Assembly (NCBI GenBank): GCA_044222475.1 | Contig: JBGANF010000021.1 | Location: 17,763-81,762 of the forward strand | Reading direction: 5' to 3' | DNA length: 64,000 nt | DNA from: Polyangiaceae bacterium | GTDB taxonomy: Bacteria; Myxococcota_A; Polyangia; Polyangiales; Polyangiaceae | Shown here: one piece after another, positions 51,051 through 59,365 of the stretch | Layout of the letters: each line of letters starts with the position of its first letter | How positions within the stretch are numbered: the first letter of the stretch is position 1 | Program-made: the position numbers and the translations under genes | The notes under the pieces: generated by a model | Seen by the model: only the letters and a program-made list of their open reading frames with translations | Told to the model about the DNA's origin: nothing | Database searches by the model: none

Positions 51051-52946
51051 TCAGAACCGGACCGTCAGCTCGAAGCGTGCGCCTTCGAACGCAGGGTACA
51101 CGCGGCACACGCCGCTCACGCAGCGCAGCCCTCCCCGTTGCTGACCGGCGAAGAGGCGGATGTTCGAGTCCTTGGTGAACCGGAACACTATCGCACCGTT
51201 GAGGTAGAGAGACGAATAGCCGAGCCGCGACGTGTACTCGATGCCTTGGCTGAATACCCACTTAGGAGCGATCTTGATGGCCGTGTAGTTCTCCCCCTCC
51301 GCCCATGACAGCGGCCGCTCCGGTCCGCCGTCGGAGGGGGTGCGGATGTTGTCGGTTTCGTAGAAGCGAATCCGATGACGCCCGAGCAGCTCGATGGAGA
51401 CTTGCTTCCCTAGGTACTTCGAGAACGTGTAGGTGATCTCGCCCTGATGGTAATAGGGCTCACCGGTTCCCCTCGTGTCGTTCCGCACTCCGATCGTAGA
51501 AAGGAAGAGGCTCTTCGCATGGTCGAACTCGAACTGGATCCCACCCAGCCCGTCCCATACGTCGTTGGAGAGTGAGGCCGGATCTTGTCCGGGGTTGCCG
51601 CCCACCTGCCTCCCCGCGGAGTCGCAACGTCCCACGATGAGCTCGGTCTTGGTGTGTGCGTAGATCGCCTGAAAATAGGTGAGTAGGCGCTTCGACATGC
51701 GGATGTCGGTCCGAAGGCGGCCACCATCGACGCACGCGTTGAAGTTACCGAACGCGCTGTCCTGGGTCAGGAGCTCGCCAGTGGGCCACTGCGAATAGGT
51801 GATGGGCTCGAAAGCAGAGACTCGAGTGGTGTCGATCGCCCCCTGCACGGGGTAGAAGTTTCGGTAGCTCTTGATCTCGAGCGTATTCGTCACCGGGCCG
51901 ACGCTCCCGGAGTAGCTGGCGTAGAGCGCGCTCCCGACGTCGTTCTGGTTGGAGTCAATGAAGGAGCGTTGCTGGATCACGCCCGCGAGGTAGAGCGAGC
52001 CGAACGGTCCCAACTTGGGAAACTCGATCGACTGAGAGAGGTTCGTGACATACCGCGCGGCGCGGTTGAAACCGTTCTGTCCCGCGAGCCACGTCGGTGT
52101 AGGCGGCGGACGTCCAGGGTCGACGTCGTCCGAGCAGTGACCCAGCTCGGCGAGGGAGGCTCCGTCCTGCTCGATCGCTCCGCTCGCGAAGTAGCGGTAG
52201 GGCGCGCACCGCGTAAAGTTGGCGACCGCGGTGGTGAGGACCAGGGGAGTGCCTCGGCCGCCTTGAATCTCTGCTCCGATGACGTGGTCGGACCCGAGGA
52301 CCGGCTGAGGCGAGCGCGTGTCGCCAGCCGTGGGCTTGGGGAGAAAGAGCGCGTATCCGGTTGCCTCGTCGACTCGCGATGGGTTCGCGTAGCCACCCAC
52401 GACGGTGAAGGCGAACGGGCCCTTCGTGAGGGCGATCTTGATCCCGCGGATCGTGTTGTCGACGCCGAGATCGTCCAGCTTTCGCATGGAGAGGACGAGG
52501 CCCCTGGTGAACTGAACGTAGGCGTCGCCCAACGTGATCTCGACGCCGGGCGCGTCGTAGCGGACGAAGAGCTTCGCGGGGTAGATCGCGTTGCGGTAGC
52601 GCGCGGCGTCGTCGCGCTCGAGCCCAGGCGTCTTCGGCACGACCGAATCGGGCTGATCGATGGGCCGATTCCAATAAAGCGCGGAGTCGAGGCGCATGCC
52701 GACCGTGAGCTTCTCCCACACGAGCGAGGCGTTGAGCCGGTTGATCCACTGGCCCCACCCGAAGTCTTTGGGCTTGTTGTCGTCGCGAGCGAGGAATCGT
52801 TGCGAGACGATCGAGACCTCCGTCACGTCGAGGCGGAGCGGCTTCTTGATGAGCTTGGGGAGGTCGAGCGCCCGCGCCTCGCTCGTAGCGCCGACGATCG
52901 CCATGCACCACGCCGCGGAGAGCAGGGGCCGTCGGACGAGGTGCAC
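51051..52946 (-). CDS. Outer-membrane beta-barrel protein (DUF6029-like)
   Basis: Signal peptide, GDAYVQFTRGLVLS, terminal QQRGGLRCVSGVCRVYPAFEG...VRF. Confidence 0.68.
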   Translation of the reverse strand: MHLVRRPLLSAAWCMAIVGATSEARALDLPKLIKKPLRLDVTEVSIVSQRFLARDDNKPKDFGWGQWINRLNASLVWEKLTVGMRLDSALYWNRPIDQPDSVVPKTPGLERDDAARYRNAIYPAKLFVRYDAPGVEITLGDAYVQFTRGLVLSMRKLDDLGVDNTIRGIKIALTKGPFAFTVVGGYANPSRVDEATGYALFLPKPTAGDTRSPQPVLGSDHVIGAEIQGGRGTPLVLTTAVANFTRCAPYRYFASGAIEQDGASLAELGHCSDDVDPGRPPPTPTWLAGQNGFNRAARYVTNLSQSIEFPKLGPFGSLYLAGVIQQRSFIDSNQNDVGSALYASYSGSVGPVTNTLEIKSYRNFYPVQGAIDTTRVSAFEPITYSQWPTGELLTQDSAFGNFNACVDGGRLRTDIRMSKRLLTYFQAIYAHTKTELIVGRCDSAGRQVGGNPGQDPASLSNDVWDGLGGIQFEFDHAKSLFLSTIGVRNDTRGTGEPYYHQGEITYTFSKYLGKQVSIELLGRHRIRFYETDNIRTPSDGGPERPLSWAEGENYTAIKIAPKWVFSQGIEYTSRLGYSSLYLNGAIVFRFTKDSNIRLFAGQQRGGLRCVSGVCRVYPAFEGARFELTVRF

Positions 52947-52952
52947 GGTTTG

Positions 52953-54245
52953 CTATTCCGTCGACTTGCCGTCGGCCTTCGGATCGATCCCGTCGCGTGT
53001 CATTTGGGCCTCGGTAGCCTTGACGACCATCGTGCCAGGCGGGTTCGCGTACCAGGCCTTGGGATCCGCACCTACCACCGAGTCGCGAACTTTGAGCACC
53101 GTGAACATGCCACCCATGTCGATGTACGAGAAAGGTCCGGGTGCGCCTCGCATCGGCAGGCTGTTCGGTGGAACTGGCATCCCCATCTCGCCCATGCCCC
53201 CCATGCCATCGGCGCCCATGGGCATGTACTCGGGGAGCACCCGGGCCATGCGCTGCCCCAACGCCTTCGTGTCCACGCCGACCATCGGCGGCAGGCCGTG
53301 CCCCATCTGCGTCATCACGTGGTGCGTCATGTGACAGTGCATCGCCCAGTCGCCCGAGACCTCGGGCACGAACTCGATGACGCGGGTCGATCCGACTGGG
53401 ACGAGGACGGTGGTCTCCGGATACTGCGCGGACTCTGGCACGTAGCCGCCATCCGTGGCGGTGATCTTGAACGCGAGCCCGTGAAGGTGGATGGGATGAT
53501 GGTCCATCGGGCTCAGGTTCCCCAGTCGGATCCGAACGCGCTCGCCTCTGCCGACCACGAGCGGGTCGGTGCCCGGGAACACCTTCCCGTTGAAGGTGAG
53601 GACGTTGAAGTCGGTCATCTCGTTAGGGTCGGGCCGAGCTGCGCCGACCTTCAGGCTCATCTCGTGGGTCATGAGGACGAAGTCGCGATCGACCTTTGGT
53701 CCGCGGGGGACCTTCGGGTGAACCACGATCATCCCCATCATCCCGAGCGCGATCTGCGTCATCTCGTCGAAGTGCGAGTGATACATGAACGTGCCTGGAT
53801 ATTTGAACGTGAACTCGTAGAGATGAGTCTCGCCGGGCGGAATGGGCTTCTGATTCAGTCCCGAGACGCCGTCCATCCCATTGGGCAGGATGACTCCGTG
53901 CCAGTGGACCGATGTTCCCTCCCGGAGGCGATTGGTCACGTAGATCCGTACACGGTCGCCCTCGACGAGCTCCAGCGTCGGGCCCGGCGTGATGCCGTTG
54001 TATCCCCAGCACTCGGCGCGCAGCCCGGGAGCAAACTCGTGATCGAAGGCGCTCGCGACCAAGTGCCCCACCTTGACTCCGTTGACGAGCTTCCACGCGA
54101 GGGTGCGCCCGTTGGGCACCACCACCGGGATCTGTCCTCCCGGTCCCCCCGCGGCGGGCGGCCCCTCCGCCGCACTGGCGCTTTTGCCGATGCTCGCCAG
54201 CAGGGTGGCGCCTGCAGCGATCCCCAGGAAATCTCGCCGATCCAT
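52953..54245 (-). CDS. Tat-exported multicopper oxidase, paralog of 14714..15949
   Basis: DRRDFL, HWHG, MYHSH, HPIHLHG, HCHMTHHVMTQM. Confidence 0.92.
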   Translation of the reverse strand: MDRRDFLGIAAGATLLASIGKSASAAEGPPAAGGPGGQIPVVVPNGRTLAWKLVNGVKVGHLVASAFDHEFAPGLRAECWGYNGITPGPTLELVEGDRVRIYVTNRLREGTSVHWHGVILPNGMDGVSGLNQKPIPPGETHLYEFTFKYPGTFMYHSHFDEMTQIALGMMGMIVVHPKVPRGPKVDRDFVLMTHEMSLKVGAARPDPNEMTDFNVLTFNGKVFPGTDPLVVGRGERVRIRLGNLSPMDHHPIHLHGLAFKITATDGGYVPESAQYPETTVLVPVGSTRVIEFVPEVSGDWAMHCHMTHHVMTQMGHGLPPMVGVDTKALGQRMARVLPEYMPMGADGMGGMGEMGMPVPPNSLPMRGAPGPFSYIDMGGMFTVLKVRDSVVGADPKAWYANPPGTMVVKATEAQMTRDGIDPKADGKSTE

Positions 54246-55657
54246 CAGTCGCCTCCGCTGCCGGGTTCGGTCCCGAGCTGGCTGCCATGTTTGTCGTCTG
54301 GTGCGGCCTTGCCCCCCGCGACGAGCGCGTCGAGCGCGGCTCGCGCGGTCCAGTAGGCTCGCTTCGCGTCGATTTCTCCGAGCTGCGAGGCGAGCTCGTC
54401 GCGCCGGGCTTGAAGCAATCGAAATACGCTGATCTGCATCGCGTTGTATTGGAGAATGGATTCCTGGGTGACGCGAGAGCGCGCGGGCACGATGCTATTT
54501 TGATAAAGGAGTGCCCGACCGTGGGCGGTGATCAGATGAGCGCGCGACACACGCGCTCGCGAGCGGAGGTCGTTCGCGGCGCCGAAGTAGCGCTCGAGCA
54601 ACCCGTCGAACTCGGCATCGAGCCCCGCTGCGGTGCCCTGCTTGCGATCGAAGATGGGAACGGAGGCGCGGAGGCCCCCGCTGTACACGGTCCCGTTGTC
54701 GAGCCCGGTGACCCCCGCTCTTGGCTCGAGGACGTGGCCATCGACGACGATGTCGGGCAACCACCCTTCGACGCTGGCGAGCCCCGCGCTGCGCCCCACC
54801 GCTTGGAGCTGGCTTTTTTTCGCCTGGAGATCGAAGCTCGCGCGCAGGACGCGTGTCTCGAGCCCCTCGGGGAGCTCGGGCGACGCGGGGACCGGAGGCA
54901 ACGTGTCCGCGACGATGAACCCGGTTTCGGTTCCATGGAGCGCGAGCTCGCGGGCGACCGCTTCGCGAGCTTCGTTGGCTGCGAGCTCGATGTCGGCCAC
55001 GGCGACTCGAGCTTCCTGATAGGCCGCGTCTTGCACGTCGAAGTCGAGCTTGCGGATGTTGCCCGCGCCCGATATCGCCTGGGCCGCGTCTCGCGACGCG
55101 GCGAATGCATCGAGCCAGCGATTCGCCAGCGCGAGCTGCTCTTGCGTCGCCATGACCGCATAGAAGGCGGCACGGACGTGGTAGCCGAGATCCACGACGC
55201 TGGCGGCCGCCTCGAACCGGGCCGCATCGACCTCGGGGGCCGCGGCGTGAGCGCGGATCGGGGCAAGCACGAGCGCCGTCAGATCGTACTCCACCCGCAG
55301 GGAGTAGGCTGACGTTCGCTCGGGGACGAGCTCGACCTCGAACGAGGGATTTGGCAGTAGTCCGGCCTGTACGAGCCGCCCGCGCGGAATGCCCATTTCG
55401 CGCAGCTCCGCGCGAAGGTTGCGGTTGGAGAGCAGCGCGACTCGCACGGCCGCCTCGACGTCGAGGGGCTTCTCGAGGAGCGCGCGAGCTTCCGCAGCGA
55501 GCTCCGGATCCACATCCGCGTCGGCGACGCCGGCGATGGGCATTCGCGTGAGGTCTGCGACGGTGCGCGTATCGGATCGGATGCTCGTCGACGCGCAACC
55601 GGTCGCGCCCGCCGCGACGAGAACGCAGAGGGACCATCGCGCGAGCTCAGTGCCCAT
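54245..55657 (-). CDS. TolC family lipoprotein paired with a multicopper oxidase
   Basis: Lipobox ATGC, VQAGLLPNP, VPIFD, YNAMQISVFRLL. Confidence 0.88.
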   Translation of the reverse strand: MGTELARWSLCVLVAAGATGCASTSIRSDTRTVADLTRMPIAGVADADVDPELAAEARALLEKPLDVEAAVRVALLSNRNLRAELREMGIPRGRLVQAGLLPNPSFEVELVPERTSAYSLRVEYDLTALVLAPIRAHAAAPEVDAARFEAAASVVDLGYHVRAAFYAVMATQEQLALANRWLDAFAASRDAAQAISGAGNIRKLDFDVQDAAYQEARVAVADIELAANEAREAVARELALHGTETGFIVADTLPPVPASPELPEGLETRVLRASFDLQAKKSQLQAVGRSAGLASVEGWLPDIVVDGHVLEPRAGVTGLDNGTVYSGGLRASVPIFDRKQGTAAGLDAEFDGLLERYFGAANDLRSRARVSRAHLITAHGRALLYQNSIVPARSRVTQESILQYNAMQISVFRLLQARRDELASQLGEIDAKRAYWTARAALDALVAGGKAAPDDKHGSQLGTEPGSGGD

Positions 55658-55961
55658 CGTGGCCCCCGTCCATCATCCCGCCCATCCCGCCGCCCATGTC
55701 CATTCCACCCATATCCATGCCCGGCATATGGTGGTGCCCCTGCATCGCCGGGGGCGCCGCCGGGCTCAGCCCCACCCATCCCGCGTCGGCCCCAGGGAGA
55801 GGCGGATCCTCTCGCAGCGCTATGCCGACCACCATCGGCGGTGCTTCCACGGCGCTGGTGGACGCGGGCGAGCTGGGCGGAAAGGAGGAAGGAACATCAG
55901 GCCCACAAGCGGAGAAGACGAGCGGGAGGAGCAGGAGCGAGCAGACGTCGAGCTTGGGCAT
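55647..55961 (-). CDS. Small Met/His-rich lipoprotein
   Basis: FSAC lipobox; tail MQGHHHMPGMDMGGMDMGGGMGGMMDGGHDGH. Confidence 0.75.
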   Translation of the reverse strand: MPKLDVCSLLLLPLVFSACGPDVPSSFPPSSPASTSAVEAPPMVVGIALREDPPLPGADAGWVGLSPAAPPAMQGHHHMPGMDMGGMDMGGGMGGMMDGGHDGH

Positions 55962-56087
55962 GTTTGGATGGGCGAGTACTACCGTCAGGTTCTAGCCGGT
56001 GGAAGGCCGATCGTGACCAACGACGAGGTCGAATTGGCGAAAGCGCCGCTTCGTGTCACGTCAGGCCCTCAGCGCGCTATATCAGCC

Positions 56088-56504
56088 ATGCGAAGTCGTT
56101 TGGCATCTGTGAGCCTCTGCGTGCTGGGCTCGTTGCTCGCGGTGGCTTGCCAAGACGGAGCGCCGGCAGCGCGCGCTACACCCATGCCGCATGCGGAATC
56201 GACGTCCACATCTGCCAACGAGGCTCTCGTCGAGGTGATGGATCATGCGCAGGTGTGCATGGTGACCGACCGCTACATGGGAAAACCGCAAATACCCGTT
56301 ACCATCAGCGAAGCCACGTACTACGGGTGTTGCACCGGGTGCAAGAGCAAGCTGGAGGGCAGCGCGACTGCGCGTACCGCGACCGATCCAATCTCGGGCG
56401 CGAGCGTGGACAAGGCTGCCGCGACGATCGGGCGAGACGAGTCGGGTCGAATCTTCTACTTCGAGTCGCGGGACAACCTTCGCAAGTTTCGACCAGGTGC
56501 GTGA
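56088..56504 (+). CDS. YHS/TRASH-like lipoprotein
   Basis: Lipobox AVAC; VCMVTD, YYGCCTGC, DPISGASVDKA, FYFES. Confidence 0.8.
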   Translation: MRSRLASVSLCVLGSLLAVACQDGAPAARATPMPHAESTSTSANEALVEVMDHAQVCMVTDRYMGKPQIPVTISEATYYGCCTGCKSKLEGSATARTATDPISGASVDKAAATIGRDESGRIFYFESRDNLRKFRPGA

Positions 56505-56515
56505 GGTCGAACGAG

Positions 56516-57253
56516 ATGCCTTACGCCCACCACATCCTAGTCCACTTCCCAATCGCGCTCGGCCTCCTCGCCGCCGCCTGCGCGGCGCTTGCGGGCGTTC
56601 GACCGAGCCCGTCTCACGACGAGGCAGCGCGCTTCATCGGCTACCTCGCCGCTGTAGCGGCCGTATTCGCGAGCGTCGCGGGGCTGCTGTCGGCCGGCCA
56701 CTTGCTCTCGGAGGGCGTCGTAGACAGCGCGCTCGTGTCCCGTCACCGCAACGTCGCGCTCGTCGCCACGATGGTCTTCGTTGCGAGCGCTGGCCTCGGC
56801 GCGATCGGGCATCGGCGCAGCTCGGCACGAGTCACCCTCACCGCGCGCATTGGTACGATTCTCGCCGCGGCGATCGTGGCGGCGGCGGGGCATTTTGGCG
56901 GGGAGATGCTCCACCCCGGTATGGCGCCGTGGTCCGACGCCGCGCATGGCCACGGGCACGGGATGATGATGAACCAAGGTGACGACCATCACGAGGGTCC
57001 ACCGCCCGTTGCTGCCGTGATGGCGGACCACCCGGCGCCTTCAGTGGTCCCGTCGGCTCCTGTCCCGACCACCAGCGCAGTCCAGCCCGCGCATCGACAC
57101 ACGGCCCCGCCAGCCGCTCCACCGACGAGCGATGCCTCGGCGGGCCCGGCTCCATCCGCTCGCCCCATCGGCTCGACCCAGGCACCCGCCGTTCCCTCGC
57201 CGTCGACATCCACGCCGCCGATGACCGGAATGCCTCCTGGTCACCGGATGTGA
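56516..57253 (+). CDS. DUF2231-like membrane protein with His/Met/Pro-rich tail
   Basis: HHILVHFPIAL, four TM helices, AGHFGGEM. Confidence 0.75.
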   Translation: MPYAHHILVHFPIALGLLAAACAALAGVRPSPSHDEAARFIGYLAAVAAVFASVAGLLSAGHLLSEGVVDSALVSRHRNVALVATMVFVASAGLGAIGHRRSSARVTLTARIGTILAAAIVAAAGHFGGEMLHPGMAPWSDAAHGHGHGMMMNQGDDHHEGPPPVAAVMADHPAPSVVPSAPVPTTSAVQPAHRHTAPPAAPPTSDASAGPAPSARPIGSTQAPAVPSPSTSTPPMTGMPPGHRM

Positions 57254-57278
57254 AGTCCGCTCGGCGTCGCGGGTGAAA

Positions 57279-57297
57279 GTGTATCCTAACTAGTCAC
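57279..57297. promoter_or_regulatory. N7 operator box
   Basis: GTGTATC-CTAACTA-GTCAC, 23 nt to TAGGTC, 35 nt to ATG 57333. Confidence 0.7.
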
Positions 57298-57332
57298 ACG
57301 CATTTTGATGCGAGATCGTGTAGGTCCAAAGT

Positions 57333-57779
57333 ATGCGCGTCCTATTCTTCTCATCGCTGGTGGTGCTCGTAGGTTGCAGCGGCTCAACGGTCACAGGCGG
57401 TGGAGACGGCGGTTTGGACGGGGCCACGGATGGCAATGACGCGATGGATGCCGAGAAGGACACGGGTCCGGTCGATGCGGGTCTCAACGGCTGCACGGAA
57501 TCAGAGTTCGTGGATCAAAGCGCGCCGGCTGACCAGCGGATGATCAAATGGGACTTCAACGTGAGCCCCCGCTGCATCATCATCGCAAAAGATCAGTCCG
57601 TCATGTGGATGGGGACCTTGGCGACCCACCCGCTGACGTCGAAAGGAGGTACCACGCCGTCCCCGATCGTCACGATCTCGACGGGAAACTCCATCAGCTA
57701 CGCATTTGCCGCGGCGGGCGACTATGGATTCATCTGCACGAATCACCAGCCTATGACCGGCGTGGTGCGGGTGCGTTGA
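57333..57779 (+). CDS. Cupredoxin (plastocyanin/azurin-like) lipoprotein
   Basis: Lipobox LVGC; type-1 Cu ligands HPL...CTNHQPM. Confidence 0.85.
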   Translation: MRVLFFSSLVVLVGCSGSTVTGGGDGGLDGATDGNDAMDAEKDTGPVDAGLNGCTESEFVDQSAPADQRMIKWDFNVSPRCIIIAKDQSVMWMGTLATHPLTSKGGTTPSPIVTISTGNSISYAFAAAGDYGFICTNHQPMTGVVRVR

Positions 57780-57795
57780 GCTTTCATGGCGCGCC

Positions 57796-57814
57796 GTGTG
57801 TCTCGCCCGGTCAC
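57796..57814. promoter_or_regulatory. N7 operator box
   Basis: GTGTGTC-TCGCCCG-GTCAC, about 80 nt upstream of a sigma54 site. Confidence 0.62.
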
Positions 57815-57894
57815 TGTGCGCCGGCCTTTACAGTCATGGTCGAGAACGTTGGTTCACTCGTCCGATAGCGTAGCGCCATCTGGCTTCCTCGTCG

Positions 57895-57910
57895 TGGTAC
57901 GCCGCATGCA
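57895..57910 (+). promoter_or_regulatory. Putative sigma54 promoter
   Basis: TGGTACGCCGCATGCA, 11 nt before ATG 57922. Confidence 0.6.
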
Positions 57911-57921
57911 AATCGCCGGGC

Positions 57922-58242
57922 ATGCGGTTGCTTCCGGTACTCTTCCCCCTCGTGCTCTTCGCCGGTTGTGTCGATGATCCGCCGGCGCGCGTGGCTCTGG
58001 CTCCCCGGACCGTCCCCGCGATCCTCGTCCTCGCCGACAAGCGAGTTGCGCAGCCGACCGAGGTAGTCGGTATTCTCGACTTTCATTCCGAGGCGGAGGA
58101 TGAACAGAAGGGCTTCGACGAGCTACGCGCCCGAGCTGCAGAGATGGGGGCGGAGGCGGTGCTTGGCGCCGAGTTCGAGCACGGAGAGCATGGGCAACCG
58201 TCCCACCTCTCGGGCATGGCCGTTCGCTTCCTGGTCCATTGA
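57922..58242 (+). CDS. YbjQ-like (heavy-metal-binding fold) lipoprotein
   Basis: Lipobox FAGC; ELRARAAEMGAEAVLG...SGMAVR. Confidence 0.72.
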   Translation: MRLLPVLFPLVLFAGCVDDPPARVALAPRTVPAILVLADKRVAQPTEVVGILDFHSEAEDEQKGFDELRARAAEMGAEAVLGAEFEHGEHGQPSHLSGMAVRFLVH

Positions 58243-58244
58243 TC

Positions 58245-58784
58245 ATGTCGAAGAGCGCCATTCTGTACCTCGTTCTGACAACGGCGAGCTGCGCGACGGC
58301 GTCGCCGCCGACTTCGCGGGTCGCGCAGCCCGTACTCGCCGCAGATGAGCCCGTGTCGTCTGCGGGGCCGACAGTTCGCGCCTCCCAAGGGTGTCCGGCG
58401 CCACGCGCTCAATTGTGCTTCGTCCTCGAGATCGTGGACATCCACACCGATGCGACGTCGGAGGCGAAGGGCTTCGAGGAGCTACGCGCCCGCGCGGCTG
58501 CCCTCGAAGCGGACGCCGTGATCGGCGCAGAATTCGAGCACGGGGCGGGCAAGTCGCACCTCGCTGGGATGATCGTCCGCTACGGAGCCCCACTTCCGCC
58601 GTCTACCGAGATCGGCGTCATCGAAATTCCGAGCGACCCCGACAGTCAGGACAAAGGCCTCTCCGCGCTCGTTGCACGCGGGCGTGAGATGGGCGCCGAC
58701 CGGGTCGTCGACGTGACGTTCGAGCACGGAGAAGACGGCGCTTTCGGTCGCATCCGCGGGCGCGCAGTGAGATACTCCCGATAG
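58245..58784 (+). CDS. Lipoprotein with two YbjQ-like repeats
   Basis: ELRARAAALEADAVIGAEFEHG and RGREMGADRVVDVTFEHG. Confidence 0.72.
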   Translation: MSKSAILYLVLTTASCATASPPTSRVAQPVLAADEPVSSAGPTVRASQGCPAPRAQLCFVLEIVDIHTDATSEAKGFEELRARAAALEADAVIGAEFEHGAGKSHLAGMIVRYGAPLPPSTEIGVIEIPSDPDSQDKGLSALVARGREMGADRVVDVTFEHGEDGAFGRIRGRAVRYSR

Positions 58785-58786
58785 GC

Positions 58787-59365
58787 TCATCGCTTCGGGC
58801 GGTAGTCCTCCGACTTCACGCCGTGCCGGCGGAGGAGTCGGTGGAGGCTTTCGCGCTCGATGCCAGCTTTCTCTGCAGCCAGCGTCACATTGCCGCCGGT
58901 CTCCAGCAGGAGATTCACGAGATAGTTCTTCACTGCGCGACCGCGCTCGACGTCGAGGGCTTCGCGGTACGAGCGAGGAGGCCGAGGCTCTCCGGCCCTT
59001 CCTCGTCGTGCGAGCGCCTGCTGCACCGCGTTCACGGCGGCGTCGGTCTCGAAGGGCTTCGTGAGGTACTCGCATGCCCCCAGTTTCATCGCCGCGACGG
59101 CGCTCGGGATGGTGCCGTAGGCGGTCATCAAGATGACCTCGATCGTCGGATCCTTCGCCTTGATCTGGGCAAGCAGCGCGAGGCCGTCGAGCTTCGGCAT
59201 CCGCAGATCGGCGATGACGACGTCGAAGGTGGATCGCTCCAGGATTGCGAGCGCCGCGCGCCCATCGGCCGCGGATTCGACGTCCAGGTCAGGGGGCAGT
59301 ATCCGACGAAGCAGCTCGCAGAAGCTCGACTTGTCATCGACGATGAGGACTCGCGCTCGGCTCAT
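58787..59365 (-). CDS. Response regulator, REC plus Fis-type HTH, no AAA+ domain
   Basis: IVDD, DLRMP, MTAYG, YLTKPF; GGNVTLAAEKAGIERESLHRLL; only 192 aa. Confidence 0.88.
   Translation of the reverse strand: MSRARVLIVDDKSSFCELLRRILPPDLDVESAADGRAALAILERSTFDVVIADLRMPKLDGLALLAQIKAKDPTIEVILMTAYGTIPSAVAAMKLGACEYLTKPFETDAAVNAVQQALARRGRAGEPRPPRSYREALDVERGRAVKNYLVNLLLETGGNVTLAAEKAGIERESLHRLLRRHGVKSEDYRPKR

Noticed and set aside
56013..56059. Extra GTGAC/GTCAC half-sites (also at 48743 and 37775-37793)
   Set aside because: The partner half-site is poor or the -10 spacing does not fit, so they were not counted in the motif set
57279..57299. Reading the N7 operator as a CRP/FNR box, tempting because of the adenylate cyclase
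   Set aside because: The spacing corresponds to TGTGA-N9-TCAC, not the N6 of CRP
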